A stretch of 61,384 nt of DNA, taken from IMG/VR virus record IMGVR_UViG_3300050505_000464. One strand, 5' to 3'. The first letter of the stretch is position 1. Every line of letters starts with the position of its first letter. Under the pieces are notes generated by a model. The model saw only the letters and a program-made list of their open reading frames with translations, had not been told where the DNA came from and ran no database searches. A program made the position numbers and the translations under genes. Source of the stretch: a virus. Shown here one piece after another: positions 28,844 through 40,074 of this stretch.

Positions 28844-31129
28844 ATGGCCGATCGATCCAGTCTCGCCAGCCGCAACATCGGCTCCGTCTCGATGTTGCTC
28901 GGTGGCAGCGACTCCCTCGAAAACATCAATACTCAGCTGCTCGACGACGGCTGCTTTTGCTACGTCGCGGGTGAGCACGAGCATTACGAGCTCCACCGCG
29001 ATTCGACCGCGCCATCCAACCCCCCGCTCGTGATCGCGCCCATTGCTGGGCCGGGCCGCTGGGTGCCAGCGACGGGCGGCAGCATGGGTGCCCAGGGGGC
29101 GCAGGGCGCACAGGGACCGCAGGGATCCCAAGGATTTCAGGGGTCCGGTGGCGGGGCTCAGGGCGCCCAGGGTAGTACGGGCGTGCAAGGGTTTCAGGGC
29201 GCGCAGGGCTTCCAAGGCGGCGGCTTCCAGGGCGCGCAAGGCGCCACGGGTACGCAGGGCTTTCAGGGTGGCGCCGGCGCACAGGGCGCGACGGGATCGG
29301 GCGCGCAAGGCGCTCAGGGATCGACCGGCGTGCAAGGCGCGCAGGGCAGCGCGGGCGCGCAAGGCGCCCAAGGAGCGCAAGGCTTTCAGGGCACGGCGGG
29401 CGCGCAAGGCTTTCAAGGCGGCGCGGGCGCGCAGGGATCGACGGGCGCGCAGGGTTTCCAGGGACTACAGGGCGCGCAGGGGTTCCAAGGGGGAGCCGGC
29501 GCGCAGGGCGCGACGGGAGCGGGATCGCAGGGCGCCCAAGGTGCGACCGGAGCGCAGGGCTTCCAGGGGGCGCAGGGCTTTCAAGGCGGCGGCTTCCAGG
29601 GCGCGCAGGGATCGACGGGCGCGCAGGGCGCTGGCGGCGGCGCTCAGGGCGCCCAAGGTGCGACGGGGACGCAGGGTTTCCAGGGCGCGCAGGGCGCAAC
29701 GGGAGCGGGATCGCAGGGCGCGCAGGGTGCGACCGGTACGACGGGCGCGCAAGGTTTCCAGGGTGCCACGGGATCCGGATCGCAAGGCGCCCAAGGCGCG
29801 ACGGGCACGACCGGCGCTCAAGGGTTCCAGGGCGCAACCGGCACGACGGGCGCGCAGGGGTTCCAAGGTGCGACGGGGACGACTGGCGCTCAGGGCGCAC
29901 AGGGGTTCCAGGGTGCAACCGGTGCGCAGGGGTCCCAAGGAGCGCAGGGCGCGACCGGTACGACGGGCGCGCAAGGTTTCCAGGGTGCGACCGGATCGGG
30001 CGCCCAAGGCTTTCAAGGTGCGACGGGCGCGACGGGTGCTCAGGGTTTCCAGGGCGCAACGGGCGCGGGCAGCCAAGGCGCGCAGGGCGCGACGGGCACC
30101 ACTGGATCGCAGGGATTCCAAGGTGCGACGGGGGCAACGGGCGCCCAGGGCTTCCAGGGCGCGACCGGAGCGGGTAGCCAGGGGGCACAAGGTGCGACCG
30201 GTACGACGGGCGCTCAGGGTTTCCAGGGCGCTACGGGGACGACCGGTGCGCAGGGCTTTCAGGGCGCAACGGGTGCAGGTAGCCAGGGTGCGCAGGGCGC
30301 GACCGGCACCACGGGCGCTCAGGGCGCGCAAGGCGCGACGGGGACGACTGGCGCCCAGGGCGCGCAAGGCGCAACCGGCGCGGGATCGCAGGGCGCGCAA
30401 GGCGCCACAGGGACGACGGGCGCGCAAGGTTTCCAGGGTGCGACGGGATCGGGCGCGCAGGGCTTTCAAGGGGCGACGGGGACAACCGGCGCTCAGGGAT
30501 TCCAGGGCGCCACAGGGACGACGGGCGCGCAGGGGTTTCAAGGCGCGACCGGTGCAGGGAGCCAAGGTGCTCAGGGCGCGACCGGCACGACCGGAGCGCA
30601 AGGCTTTCAAGGGGCAACGGGCACGACCGGAGCGCAGGGTTTCCAGGGCGCGACGGGGAACACTGGTTCTCAGGGCGCGCAGGGAGCTACCGGCACGACG
30701 GGATCTCAAGGCGCTCAAGGCGCGACGGGCACCACTGGATCGCAGGGGGCACAAGGCGCGACGGGCGCCCAAGGTGCTCAGGGCTTCCAGGGATCGCAAG
30801 GTTTTCAAGGCAGCAATCCCATCGTCAACGAAGTCAACGCGGGCAACAGCGGCACCTCGCTGACGATCGATTTCACGACCGGACCCAATCAAAAGGTGAC
30901 GATGACGGGCAACGTCACCTTTACCTTCACGGCGCCGGCAAACTCCCGCCACGTGCAGGTGCGCATGTTGGAAGGCACGGGCGGCTTCACGCGCACGTGG
31001 CCGGCTACCGTCAAGTGGTCGAACGGCACCCAACCCACCTGGGTGACGACCGCCTCCGCCGTCAACATCGCGAGCTTCTACTACGACGGCACCAATTACT
31101 GGGGCCAGGGCGGCACGGGCTTCGCGTGA
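28844..31129 (+). CDS. Collagen-like fibre protein 1
   Basis: Shared N-terminal GPGRW module; long [15 protein letters not shown] repeat; C-terminal fibre-like domain ([14 protein letters not shown]...[10 protein letters not shown]). Confidence 0.88.
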   Translation: MADRSSLASRNIGSVSMLLGGSDSLENINTQLLDDGCFCYVAGEHEHYELHRDSTAPSNPPLVIAPIAGPGRWVPATGGSMGAQGAQGAQGPQGSQGFQGSGGGAQGAQGSTGVQGFQGAQGFQGGGFQGAQGATGTQGFQGGAGAQGATGSGAQGAQGSTGVQGAQGSAGAQGAQGAQGFQGTAGAQGFQGGAGAQGSTGAQGFQGLQGAQGFQGGAGAQGATGAGSQGAQGATGAQGFQGAQGFQGGGFQGAQGSTGAQGAGGGAQGAQGATGTQGFQGAQGATGAGSQGAQGATGTTGAQGFQGATGSGSQGAQGATGTTGAQGFQGATGTTGAQGFQGATGTTGAQGAQGFQGATGAQGSQGAQGATGTTGAQGFQGATGSGAQGFQGATGATGAQGFQGATGAGSQGAQGATGTTGSQGFQGATGATGAQGFQGATGAGSQGAQGATGTTGAQGFQGATGTTGAQGFQGATGAGSQGAQGATGTTGAQGAQGATGTTGAQGAQGATGAGSQGAQGATGTTGAQGFQGATGSGAQGFQGATGTTGAQGFQGATGTTGAQGFQGATGAGSQGAQGATGTTGAQGFQGATGTTGAQGFQGATGNTGSQGAQGATGTTGSQGAQGATGTTGSQGAQGATGAQGAQGFQGSQGFQGSNPIVNEVNAGNSGTSLTIDFTTGPNQKVTMTGNVTFTFTAPANSRHVQVRMLEGTGGFTRTWPATVKWSNGTQPTWVTTASAVNIASFYYDGTNYWGQGGTGFA
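29087..30811 (+). repeat. Gly-X-Y coding repeat
   Basis: 9-bp periodic units with synonymous variation. Confidence 0.9.
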
Positions 31130-31137
31130 TCTGACCC

Positions 31138-31854
31138 ATGGCGACCCCGATCCTCACCGGTACGCGGACTCAAACGTCGAATATCGCGCTCGGCGGCACG
31201 ACGCTCGCGGCGCCTTCGCGCTCCGTGCTCGTGGGCGATCTGATCTTGATCCCGGCCTTTCAGTCCTTTGCTACCAAGCAGACGCTCACGATCTCCGACG
31301 GCGTCAACACCTACCATCAGATCGGCACCAACATCGACTCACCAGGTGGCGACGACAGCTCGTGCACGCTCTGGTATGCCGTCGCGACCACCGCCGCGAC
31401 GCTCGCCCCGCAACTTAACTTCGGCGCGACGCAGACTGCGGCTGCGGCGATTTGGTTTGATTTGGCGCGCAACGTCGATCCCTCGCTCCCCATCAGCAAC
31501 AACAGCGGGCAGCTGCAGACCGCGGTTGGCACCGGCGCCAACGCCGTCACTTCCGGCACGGCGACGCCCGTCGGTATTCGCACGGGCTTCCTCGTCTACG
31601 GTTACTCCATGAACGTCTCGGCCTCCGCCGTCCCGAACGCCGGCACGGGTTTCACCGATAGCGGCTCCGGCTGGAACTTCGGCTTCGCCAATGATTTGAT
31701 GCGCTCGGAGTCAAAAGCCGCGAGCGCCCTCACCGCTGTGGCATCGACCTTCACGGCGACGGAAGCGGGCGACAACTACATCACCTTCAACGCGATCCTC
31801 AACGGCCTGCCGCTCTCTTCCGCGCTCTTCTTCGGCGCCGGCACCACTAGCTAA
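31138..31854 (+). CDS. Beta-rich virion protein
   Basis: Paralog of the C-terminal half of the next gene. Confidence 0.7.
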   Translation: MATPILTGTRTQTSNIALGGTTLAAPSRSVLVGDLILIPAFQSFATKQTLTISDGVNTYHQIGTNIDSPGGDDSSCTLWYAVATTAATLAPQLNFGATQTAAAAIWFDLARNVDPSLPISNNSGQLQTAVGTGANAVTSGTATPVGIRTGFLVYGYSMNVSASAVPNAGTGFTDSGSGWNFGFANDLMRSESKAASALTAVASTFTATEAGDNYITFNAILNGLPLSSALFFGAGTTS

Positions 31855-31864
31855 CCCATCGGTC

Positions 31865-33172
31865 ATGGCGGGCTACTCGACCTCGTTTCCCACTAACGAA
31901 GCGCCTCTCACTTATGGCGGCATCTTCGTGCATACCTCCAATCCCTGGACGACGGTGAGCGCCAACGGCGGCGAGGCCTTCGGCACACAATCAGGCAGCG
32001 GCGGCTTCGACGACTCGTACGTCTACCTGTCCTTGTCCTTCAGTCAGAACTACGTCGTCAAGACGACGGCGATCAAGGGCACGGTCGGCGCGGGGTTTCA
32101 CGAGATCGAAAATCTCGGCCACTGGTCGGACACGTCGACCACGATCAGCGGCTACGAAACGAACATCGCCTTCAATGGGCAGTACATCGCGATCTACAAG
32201 CTCGTCGGCACGCAGGGAACGTTTTTTCAGATGGCGCAGGTCAATGGCACGCGTACTCCGGTGACGGGTGACGTGCTCAGCACGACCTACGTGCGAAACA
32301 CCATCCAGTCCTACCTGAACAACGAGCTCTTGATCAACGCCATCGACGACGGCACGCACCTCGGCCCCGCCCTCACGAACGGCGCCCCCGGTTTCGGCTT
32401 CTTCCGCGACGCGGCCTCGAGCGATCAGAAAGATTTCGGCATCACGCAGTTTACGGCGGAAGATTTGTTCGTGACGCTGGTCGGGGTACGCACGGAAAAC
32501 TCCACCGGCGCGCTCAATGCGACGACGTTCGATGCGCCCGCGCGCGACGTGATCAAAGGCGATCTCGTCATCATCGGCGCCTTCCAGTCGGTCGCCAATA
32601 AGCAGACGCTCTCGATCTCCGACGGCGTCAACACCTACCACCAGATCGGCACCAACATCGACGTGGGCGGGGGCGACGACAGCTCGGTCACGCTCTGGTA
32701 CACGATCGCGACCACGACCACGACGCTCACGCCGCGGCTCAACTTCGGCGCGACCAACACGGGGCCGGTCGCGATTTGGTTCGATCTGGCGCTCGGCATC
32801 GACGGAAACAACCCGCTCTCCTCCACCGCCGCGCAATTACAGACCAGCATCGGCACGACCGCGAACGCCGTGACGAGCGGAACGGCCGCTCCCGTCGGCA
32901 CCCGCCAGGCCTTCCTCGTCTACGCCCTCTCCATGAACGTCTCCGGATCGACCGCGCCCGTCTTCGGCACGGGCTTCCTCGACGCCGGCACAGGCTGGTC
33001 ATTCGGCGGCACGCCGCTCGCGCGCGCTGAGACCGAGATCGTGAAGACGGATACGGCCATCGCGGGCACCTTCACCGGCGCCTCCGGCACGAACGACTTC
33101 ATCACCTTCGTGGCGATCTTCAATGGCGCGAGCGCGGGTAGCCTGTACTTCGGATCGGGGACAACCGGTTAA
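31865..33172 (+). CDS. Two-domain beta-rich virion protein (lectin-like N-domain plus duplicate of 31138 protein)
   Basis: Shares KQTL.ISDGVNTYHQIGTNID..GGDDSS.TLWY and terminal L[FY]FGxGTT. Confidence 0.7.
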   Translation: MAGYSTSFPTNEAPLTYGGIFVHTSNPWTTVSANGGEAFGTQSGSGGFDDSYVYLSLSFSQNYVVKTTAIKGTVGAGFHEIENLGHWSDTSTTISGYETNIAFNGQYIAIYKLVGTQGTFFQMAQVNGTRTPVTGDVLSTTYVRNTIQSYLNNELLINAIDDGTHLGPALTNGAPGFGFFRDAASSDQKDFGITQFTAEDLFVTLVGVRTENSTGALNATTFDAPARDVIKGDLVIIGAFQSVANKQTLSISDGVNTYHQIGTNIDVGGGDDSSVTLWYTIATTTTTLTPRLNFGATNTGPVAIWFDLALGIDGNNPLSSTAAQLQTSIGTTANAVTSGTAAPVGTRQAFLVYALSMNVSGSTAPVFGTGFLDAGTGWSFGGTPLARAETEIVKTDTAIAGTFTGASGTNDFITFVAIFNGASAGSLYFGSGTTG

Positions 33173-33879
33173 CGGTCGGGTCCCGACCAGACGCGGCTGA
33201 AGAACTCGTTTTCGTAGATGCTGCCGGGGAGCACTGCGTAGTCGATGTGCTCGCTACTGAGCACATACGGAAGCGAGATTTGATCTTGCGCCGACCAGTG
33301 CACGCATTCATCGAACCACGCCTTCTCGAAGCGGGCTACGTCGTGTGGGTAGTTGCAGCGCTCAGTGTTGTCGAGGTGACAGGTTGCCTGGTCGCGCACG
33401 ATGCACCCACCCGCGAGCAACTCCGAATCGCGGTAGCCGGATGAGTAGTAGTGCCGGGCCTGCTCGATGAGCGGCTCGCCGATGTATTTGCTCATCGTCA
33501 TCGAAAACTCCGCCTCTTGCAGGATTGTGCGCTGCCCCTCAGGATGCTGATAGAACGCCAAGCGCGCGCCAGATACCCGGAGCGCTTCGATGCAGTGCTC
33601 GAGGAACCCCTCCGTCTTGTGGAAGCGCACGCTCGAGTCGATGTAGATCGACAGCTCATGCTCGGGGAACAAATGGCTCGCGCTCATCTTGTACCATTTG
33701 GCATCCATGCGAGCGGTCTTGAAGCGCGAGCGCCTCCGAATCACCTGCCAGGTCTTCCGCTCGCGCGCGAGCGTCGGCGAGTCGGTGAAGCAAACGAGAT
33801 CGGCCTTGCCCTCGAAGCCTGGCAGCTCAGCCGGCTGGTCATGGTCGCCGAAGCACGCGGTGTAGATGACGGTCTTCAT
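33169..33879 (-). CDS. DUF616 (TOD1/MUCI70-like) glycosyltransferase-like protein
   Basis: VIYTACFGDHD, CFTD, HLFPEHELSIYIDS, QDQISLPYV. Confidence 0.8.
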   Translation of the reverse strand: MKTVIYTACFGDHDQPAELPGFEGKADLVCFTDSPTLARERKTWQVIRRRSRFKTARMDAKWYKMSASHLFPEHELSIYIDSSVRFHKTEGFLEHCIEALRVSGARLAFYQHPEGQRTILQEAEFSMTMSKYIGEPLIEQARHYYSSGYRDSELLAGGCIVRDQATCHLDNTERCNYPHDVARFEKAWFDECVHWSAQDQISLPYVLSSEHIDYAVLPGSIYENEFFSRVWSGPDR

Positions 33880-34045
33880 CGGTCAGGGTCCTTGGTGAGA
33901 GCAGAAGACAGGTACATCTCGTACTCATCGGCAAGCGCTCGGAGAGCGAGCGGGATCAGATCCTTCTCGCTTTCGGAGAAGGGACAATTGTCGATGAATT
34001 TCTCGATCGCTCGGGCGATCTCAACCACGCGTGTCACGGAGTACT

Positions 34046-34663
34046 TCATCGCGCCACGTTGAAGAAGAAGAGCTGCACGAGGCGCGGATCCGTTTCGGTG
34101 AAGCCCTCGTAGCTCGTCGCCGAGTGGATGAGCTGCGCGTCCCAGAGCACCAGGCGGTTGTAGACATTTCCGACGCGGTCGACGAGGTCCCAGTTGTTCG
34201 GGTGCGTTAGGTTGAACTGACTGTACGTCTCTTGGTAATCGTCGGCGTCTCCCGGTGGTCGCCTCGCGCCAGTGATCTTGTTCCGCCAAAAGCTGGTTCC
34301 TGAAAGGACAGGGTCACAGTTTCGCCCATTGCGGAGTGTTCCGAGTTGCGCGGTGAGGTACACCGCCGCCGCGTAGCTCTGCGTGTCGGAATGCCACACG
34401 AGCGGGTCCGCGCCCGTCGTCTTCTGAAACGATCCGTTCGCCGGCTGATCGAGCCAGTCGACGATCGTCACCCTCAATAACCGCTCGAACTCCTCCTTCA
34501 CATAAGGATACAAAAACTTTTTCTTTGATCGGACGCCTTTGAAATAGCGCTCGTCGGCCTCGTACTCGGTCCCGAGCGCTTCGGCTCGGACGGCGTCCGG
34601 GTCGGTATAAAAGTCATCGACCACGAGCAGAGCGGGGGTGCGCGAGTGGAAATTCGTTGCCAT
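34046..34663 (-). CDS. 2OG-Fe(II) oxygenase (DUF6445-like)
   Basis: VVDDFYTDPDAVR, WHSD (HxD), GTSFW, YNRLVLW..LIHSA, RLVQLFF. Confidence 0.82.
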   Translation of the reverse strand: MATNFHSRTPALLVVDDFYTDPDAVRAEALGTEYEADERYFKGVRSKKKFLYPYVKEEFERLLRVTIVDWLDQPANGSFQKTTGADPLVWHSDTQSYAAAVYLTAQLGTLRNGRNCDPVLSGTSFWRNKITGARRPPGDADDYQETYSQFNLTHPNNWDLVDRVGNVYNRLVLWDAQLIHSATSYEGFTETDPRLVQLFFFNVAR

Positions 34664-34702
34664 CGGGGCACTCTGCCAGAGCGATCTCGCGATCTTCAAC
34701 TC

Positions 34703-34738
34703 AAAAACTTGAGGCCCGGGCCAGGGGCGGGGTAGGCT
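34703..34738 (+). promoter_or_regulatory. Late-type promoter
   Basis: AAAAAC-TTGAGG-18bp-TAGGCT. Confidence 0.65.
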
Positions 34739-34824
34739 TCCCCCACTAGGCCAGGTTTGGGTCGGATCGTTTCGGATCCGGGCAACGGGACGGCAGAGCG
34801 GCGCCGAGCTCCGTCCCCTCCCCC

Positions 34825-37800
34825 ATGACCGATCGATCCAGCGTGGCCAGCAGAAATATTGGAGCCGTAGCAACCCTCCTCGGCCTGGGCGATTCCCTGG
34901 AAAATGTCAGCACTTCGGTGCTCGACGATGGATGCCTCGCGTACGTCGAAGATCAGCTCAAGCACTATGAGCTCCACAAGTCCGACACGTCTCCTCCTTC
35001 CCCCCCGAATGTCGTCAAGCCGATCTCGGGCCCCGGCCGCTGGGTGCCGAGCACGGGCGGCGCGCAAGGCCTCCAGGGCGCGCAGGGTCGACAAGGAGCC
35101 CAGGGCGCGCAGGGCAGCCAAGGCGCGACCGGATCCGGAAGCCAGGGATCTCAAGGCGGGACGGGGAGCCAGGGATCGCAGGGCGCCCAAGGTGCGCAGG
35201 GCTTTCAAGGTCAAGCGGTCACGGGCGCGCAGGGCGCGACCGGTCCGCAAGGCCCGAGCGGCGGCGCGCAGGGCGCGCAAGGTGCGACCGGAAGCCAAGG
35301 CTTTCAGGGTGCCCAAGGCACGCAGGGTGCGGGCTTTCAGGGTGCACAGGGGTCGACGGGCGCGCAAGGCTCGGGCGGCGGCGCCCAGGGCGCTCAAGGG
35401 GCGACGGGGACGACCGGATCTCAGGGTGCGCAAGGTGCTCAGGGGGCAGGCTTTCAAGGAGCGCAGGGCCGACAAGGCGCACAAGGGGCCACCGGCGCGC
35501 AAGGATCACAGGGCGCGACGGGCACCACGGGCGCGCAGGGGTCGCAAGGGAATCAAGGCGCGCAGGGCGCGGTGGGATCTCAGGGCGCAACTGGGTCACA
35601 GGGCAACCAGGGATCGCAAGGGTCGACCGGTGCTCAAGGCAACCAGGGATCGGGGAGTCAGGGCGCGCAAGGCGCGTCGGGCACGCAGGGATCACAAGGC
35701 AGCCAGGGCTTCCAGGGCGCGCAGGGCTTTCAAGGCCAAGCCATCACCGGCGCCCAGGGCGCGACCGGTCCGCAAGGTCCGAGCGGCGGTGCACAGGGCA
35801 GCCAGGGTTTCCAGGGCGCGCAGGGTAACCAAGGCGCGCAGGGCACGCAGGGCGCAGGCTTTCAGGGCGCGCAGGGATCAACGGGATCGCAAGGCGCGTC
35901 CGGCGGCGCTCAAGGAGCCCAAGGCGCGCAGGGAGCCACGGGAACGCAGGGCTTCCAAGGTGCGCAGGGTGCCCAAGGGCTTCAAGGTGCGCAATCGATC
36001 GGCGATCCGTTCAAGAACACACTGTACATGGACCCGACGTTCGTTGGGACTTCCAATGGCACGCAGTCGGCGCCTTACCCGAGCTACGCGGCGACATTCG
36101 CGGCGGCCCCTGCTGGCGGCTGCCTCATCATCCAGGCGCCTGAAACGACGACGACGGAGACCGTCATTTTTCCGCCAGGCAACTGGGAGCTTCAGTGCCA
36201 GTCCATCGCTCGCGCAACGATCTCCGGAAACGTCATCGCGACTTCGACGGTGCAGTCTCAATACCGTCTCACGAATCTGATTGTCTCAGGAACAGTGAGT
36301 GGTGACGCCACGAGCTCGTCCGGGAATTTCCTTTACCTCACGAATACGATCGTGACCGGCACGACTACGCTCACGAGGACCGGTTCGGGGGCGTGGTTCG
36401 TGCCGATGCGTGGTGCCGGCGACACCTTCTTTGGCTTTGGCGGCCAGCTCTCGGGTGCGGTGACGGTCGCAGGTCAGATTCTTTGTCGAGGATACACGTT
36501 CGGATCGACCGTTTCGTTTACGTCGGTCGCGACGCAATTTTTCGGAAGCCGATTCGGCGTCGCAGGCATCTCCCTCGGCGGCGGCGCTGCGATCTTCACC
36601 GACTGCTTGTTTACGGTCAATCCCACCTTTACAGGTCCGGGATCGATCGTGATGGATGGGTTTTCGCACGCGTCCGCGGGCGGCGCGAGTGGCATCACCC
36701 TGGCGGCTGGAGCGACGCTCACGATTCGCAACGATGTCGATCCGACCGGCATCCAGCGAGCAGGCGCCCAGAACTTGCAGGTGCTCACCTGGCTCGACTC
36801 GCTGCCGGGTTACGCGCCGCAGACCGTCGGCGGCAGCGGCGCACAAGGCGCCCAAGGCGCGCCGGGTGCGACCGGCGCGCAGGGCTTCCAAGGTGCCGCA
36901 GGCACCTCCGGCACGACGGGATCTCAAGGCGCCCAGGGCGCAACCGGGACGCAAGGCGCGCAGGGCTTTCAGGGCCAAAATGGCGGCGGCGCGCAGGGAT
37001 CGCAGGGCCGTCAAGGCGCGCAGGGCGCAACGGGTACGACTGGCGCCCAAGGCTTTCAAGGCGGCGGCTTTCAGGGTGCAACCGGCACGCAAGGCAACCA
37101 AGGCGCGCAAGGCGCGACGGGTGCCGGCACGCAAGGCGCCCAGGGTGCGACGGGCACGCAGGGCTTTCAAGGTGCACAGGGTCGCCAGGGTGGCGGCTTT
37201 CAGGGATCGACGGGCGCGCAGGGCGCCACCGGATCGCAAGGCGCGCAGGGTTTCCAGGGCGGCGGCTTTCAGGGCGCCCAAGGTGCGCAAGCCGCAGCGG
37301 GCGCGCAAGGCTTTCAGGGAGCCCAAGGCTTCCAGGGCGGCGGATTTCAAGGCGCACAAGGCGCGCAAGCGGGCGCGGGCGCGCAGGGATCACAAGGCGC
37401 GCAAGGCGCCACCGGCGCAGGCAGCCAAGGCGCCCAAGGCGCAACCGGCACGCAGGGTTTCCAGGGTGCCACGGGCGCAGGATCTCAAGGTGCTCAGGGC
37501 TCAACCGGCACCACCGGCGCGCAGGGCTTCCAAGGCGCAACGGGCTCGGGATCGCAGGGCGCGCAAGGCGCGACCGGCGCGCAGGGTTTCCAGGGCGCGC
37601 AAGGTCGACAAGGTGCGACAGGCAATACAGGTACGACCGGTGTGCAAGGCGCGCAGGGTGCGACCGGCAACACGGGCACGACCGGCGCGCAGGGCGCAAC
37701 CGGGGCCACGGGTCCGCAGGGTTTTCAGGGCGGTCTCGGCGCCGGCGGCGCGCAGGGATCGCAGGGCCGTCAAGGCGCGCAGGGTTTCCAGGGCGCAACG

Positions 37801-39183
37801 GGCGTGCAGGGCTTCCAAGGGAGCGGTTTTCAGGGCGCGCAGGGCTTCCAAGGCGCGCGCGGCGCGCAGGGTTTCCAGGGCGCAACGGGCACGCAGGGCT
37901 TTCAGGGATCGACCACAGTCGGTCCGCTTTTCCAGGTCTTCTACGTCGACTCGAACAACCTCGGCACAGCGACTGGATCGATTCAGCAGCCGTACGCGAC
38001 GCCGACCGCCGCGCTCGCGGCGCACCCGACCGGCGCCATCACGCTGCTCGTTGCTCCCGGAAACTACGGAGGTTGGACGATCAACACCGCGCGCGATGTG
38101 ACGCTCATCGGGCTCTGCGGACCGACGGATCAGACGGTCGCCTTTTCCTTCGTGAACCTCACCTTCACGACGACGGCGGGCTTCACCCTCACCCTGCAAA
38201 ACTGCACGACCAACTCGATCATCGACGCCTCCTCCGTCCAGTCGAACATCCAGCTCATCGACGTGCAGGCAGGAGCGATCTCGGGATCGGGATCAGGCGC
38301 CTCGAACACCGTCCTTCGCATGAGCTCGGTGCTGCCTGTTGCTCGCTTGGATGGCATGAGCACGGCCGAGATCTCGCTCTGCTCGCAGGTGTTTGGCGAG
38401 TACGTGTACGTGAACGCGACCTTCTCGAATTCGCAGGCGTCCGCCGGCGAAGCGACGCCGCATACCTTCAACTATTGTCGCTTTGTCGACACGGTGACCG
38501 CCGGCCCGCTGCTCTGTGACGGCTGCTATTTCCAGCAAGGCATCACGGCGCCCGCGGGCGTGGCCGCCATCAACCGCCTCACGAACTGCACGATCGACGT
38601 GGACATCACCTCCTCCACCGGATCTCCGCAGCTCTTTCTCACGAACTGCAAGATCGGTACGGTCGCAACGACCTCGCATTCGGTCAGCGCCAACTGGGCG
38701 GTCTTCAATTGCCGAAACACGATCTTCGGCCCGAAGACCTCCGGCCGCGTGAACCTCGGTGGCTCGACGATGGGCCTCCAGCTCGACGCGATGAGCGAGC
38801 GGAGCTTGTTCTCGTCGGGCAACGGCCAAGCCTCAGTCACCGCCACGCTCTCGCCGATCGTCTCGCTCGATCAGATCGAACCAAACGCTCAGCAGCTGCT
38901 CGACTCGGCCACCACCTACACCTTCAATACGGCCGATCGGCTCTACCTCGCCATACCGACCCTCACCGCCGACCGCATCATCCAGCTGAGCCTCACCGGC
39001 GCCGCTGCCCTCGATCTCCTGCCGATCGATGTCTACGGCACGAACGGCCACACGCTCACGGTGCAGTTTGCGTCCGTCACGCTGAAGGCGATCCTTAGCA
39101 CGGACGTACCCGCCCGCTACTTCTTCCAAGCCTCTGAAGATCTCTTGAGCATCATCTACGTCGGAGCCCAGAACCTGTCATGA
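34825..39183 (+). CDS. Collagen-like fibre protein 2 (two collagen stalks, two beta-helix-like heads)
   Basis: Shared N-module; two Gly-X-Y tracts, each followed by a Y[MV]D...G...G...PY motif domain. Confidence 0.88.
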   Translation: MTDRSSVASRNIGAVATLLGLGDSLENVSTSVLDDGCLAYVEDQLKHYELHKSDTSPPSPPNVVKPISGPGRWVPSTGGAQGLQGAQGRQGAQGAQGSQGATGSGSQGSQGGTGSQGSQGAQGAQGFQGQAVTGAQGATGPQGPSGGAQGAQGATGSQGFQGAQGTQGAGFQGAQGSTGAQGSGGGAQGAQGATGTTGSQGAQGAQGAGFQGAQGRQGAQGATGAQGSQGATGTTGAQGSQGNQGAQGAVGSQGATGSQGNQGSQGSTGAQGNQGSGSQGAQGASGTQGSQGSQGFQGAQGFQGQAITGAQGATGPQGPSGGAQGSQGFQGAQGNQGAQGTQGAGFQGAQGSTGSQGASGGAQGAQGAQGATGTQGFQGAQGAQGLQGAQSIGDPFKNTLYMDPTFVGTSNGTQSAPYPSYAATFAAAPAGGCLIIQAPETTTTETVIFPPGNWELQCQSIARATISGNVIATSTVQSQYRLTNLIVSGTVSGDATSSSGNFLYLTNTIVTGTTTLTRTGSGAWFVPMRGAGDTFFGFGGQLSGAVTVAGQILCRGYTFGSTVSFTSVATQFFGSRFGVAGISLGGGAAIFTDCLFTVNPTFTGPGSIVMDGFSHASAGGASGITLAAGATLTIRNDVDPTGIQRAGAQNLQVLTWLDSLPGYAPQTVGGSGAQGAQGAPGATGAQGFQGAAGTSGTTGSQGAQGATGTQGAQGFQGQNGGGAQGSQGRQGAQGATGTTGAQGFQGGGFQGATGTQGNQGAQGATGAGTQGAQGATGTQGFQGAQGRQGGGFQGSTGAQGATGSQGAQGFQGGGFQGAQGAQAAAGAQGFQGAQGFQGGGFQGAQGAQAGAGAQGSQGAQGATGAGSQGAQGATGTQGFQGATGAGSQGAQGSTGTTGAQGFQGATGSGSQGAQGATGAQGFQGAQGRQGATGNTGTTGVQGAQGATGNTGTTGAQGATGATGPQGFQGGLGAGGAQGSQGRQGAQGFQGATGVQGFQGSGFQGAQGFQGARGAQGFQGATGTQGFQGSTTVGPLFQVFYVDSNNLGTATGSIQQPYATPTAALAAHPTGAITLLVAPGNYGGWTINTARDVTLIGLCGPTDQTVAFSFVNLTFTTTAGFTLTLQNCTTNSIIDASSVQSNIQLIDVQAGAISGSGSGASNTVLRMSSVLPVARLDGMSTAEISLCSQVFGEYVYVNATFSNSQASAGEATPHTFNYCRFVDTVTAGPLLCDGCYFQQGITAPAGVAAINRLTNCTIDVDITSSTGSPQLFLTNCKIGTVATTSHSVSANWAVFNCRNTIFGPKTSGRVNLGGSTMGLQLDAMSERSLFSSGNGQASVTATLSPIVSLDQIEPNAQQLLDSATTYTFNTADRLYLAIPTLTADRIIQLSLTGAAALDLLPIDVYGTNGHTLTVQFASVTLKAILSTDVPARYFFQASEDLLSIIYVGAQNLS

Positions 39184-39578
39184 GCGATCTTCGAGCTGGC
39201 CCGTGGACGCTCCCCATCGGGCGCGTCGCGAATCTCTACCTGAAAGCCCAGACGGCTGCGATCGCGACGACAACGCTCGTCACGCCGGTCAAGGGCCTCT
39301 ACCGTGTCTCACTCGCGCTCGCGATCACGACCGGTACTGACTCTGCATCCCAAATCACGGCCAACATCCTGTCCAAGGGCGACAACGCCGTCGTCGTGAC
39401 GCAATCGCTCGCGACGCTGCTGCCGGGGACGCCCCCATTGGCCATCGCTCAGGATTCCTTCGTGTGCGAGTGCGACGGGGTCGCGCCGATTCAATACTCG
39501 ACCACGATCGTCACTCAGGGCGATTTACCGACGTACACACTGCGGATAGTGGCCGAGCAGCTGTCGATATTGACGTGA
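39180..39578 (+). CDS. Small beta-sandwich-like virion protein
   Basis: ATGA-coupled to fibre 2; GLYRVS motif. Confidence 0.6.
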   Translation: MSDLRAGPWTLPIGRVANLYLKAQTAAIATTTLVTPVKGLYRVSLALAITTGTDSASQITANILSKGDNAVVVTQSLATLLPGTPPLAIAQDSFVCECDGVAPIQYSTTIVTQGDLPTYTLRIVAEQLSILT

Positions 39579-39924
39579 GCGCGGGACGGCGCAGGCGCTG
39601 GAGCCGCTTCTCACCCGTTTTCAACGCGTGCACCCAGACGGCCTCGACCTCGGGATCGCAGCGCGTCAGCATGTCGACGGCCCACAAGATCTCCCGCTCG
39701 GCGAGCGCGATCTCACGCGCTCGATCGAGCCGTTCGCCCGTGAGCTGCAGCACGGGCGGGCGCGGCAAGCTCTCCTCTTCGACGACCGCATCCGAAAGGG
39801 AGGCCTGGATTTCCGCCGCTCGCCGGAGCCGCGCTCCGCGTGCGGTGCGCCAGAGGAAGATCAGTGCCGCCAAAACGCCGAGCACGATGCTGAGGGGTTG
39901 CCATCCGGTGAAGTGGGTCCACAT
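39511..39924 (-). CDS. Hypothetical membrane-anchored protein
   Basis: N-terminal TM helix; fills the gap between late units. Confidence 0.45.
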   Translation of the reverse strand: MWTHFTGWQPLSIVLGVLAALIFLWRTARGARLRRAAEIQASLSDAVVEEESLPRPPVLQLTGERLDRAREIALAEREILWAVDMLTRCDPEVEAVWVHALKTGEKRLQRLRRPALTSISTAARPLSAVCTSVNRPE

Positions 39925-39970
39925 GGGTCGATTGTACCCGCCCGGTGGGAATTGTCTTCCCTCGCTCGGG

Positions 39971-40004
39971 AAAGTTGCGGCATGTTTGCCAGCTCATGTA
40001 GGAT
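39971..40004 (+). promoter_or_regulatory. Late-type promoter
   Basis: AAAG-TTGCGG-18bp-TAGGAT. Confidence 0.6.
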
Positions 40005-40074
40005 TCGGCGCAACTAGACCGGTCGTCAGGAGGGTCGAGACAGGCAGACCCATGTTCTCGGAGTCCGACCCATC

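Noticed and set aside
29087-37908. Collagen repeats as CRISPR array or non-coding tandem repeat
   Set aside because: 9-bp periodicity with third-position variation, no unique spacers, no cas genes.
28926-38519. Long Arg-rich alternative-frame and antisense ORFs over the collagen genes
   Set aside because: By-products of stop-free Gly-X-Y codon repeats.
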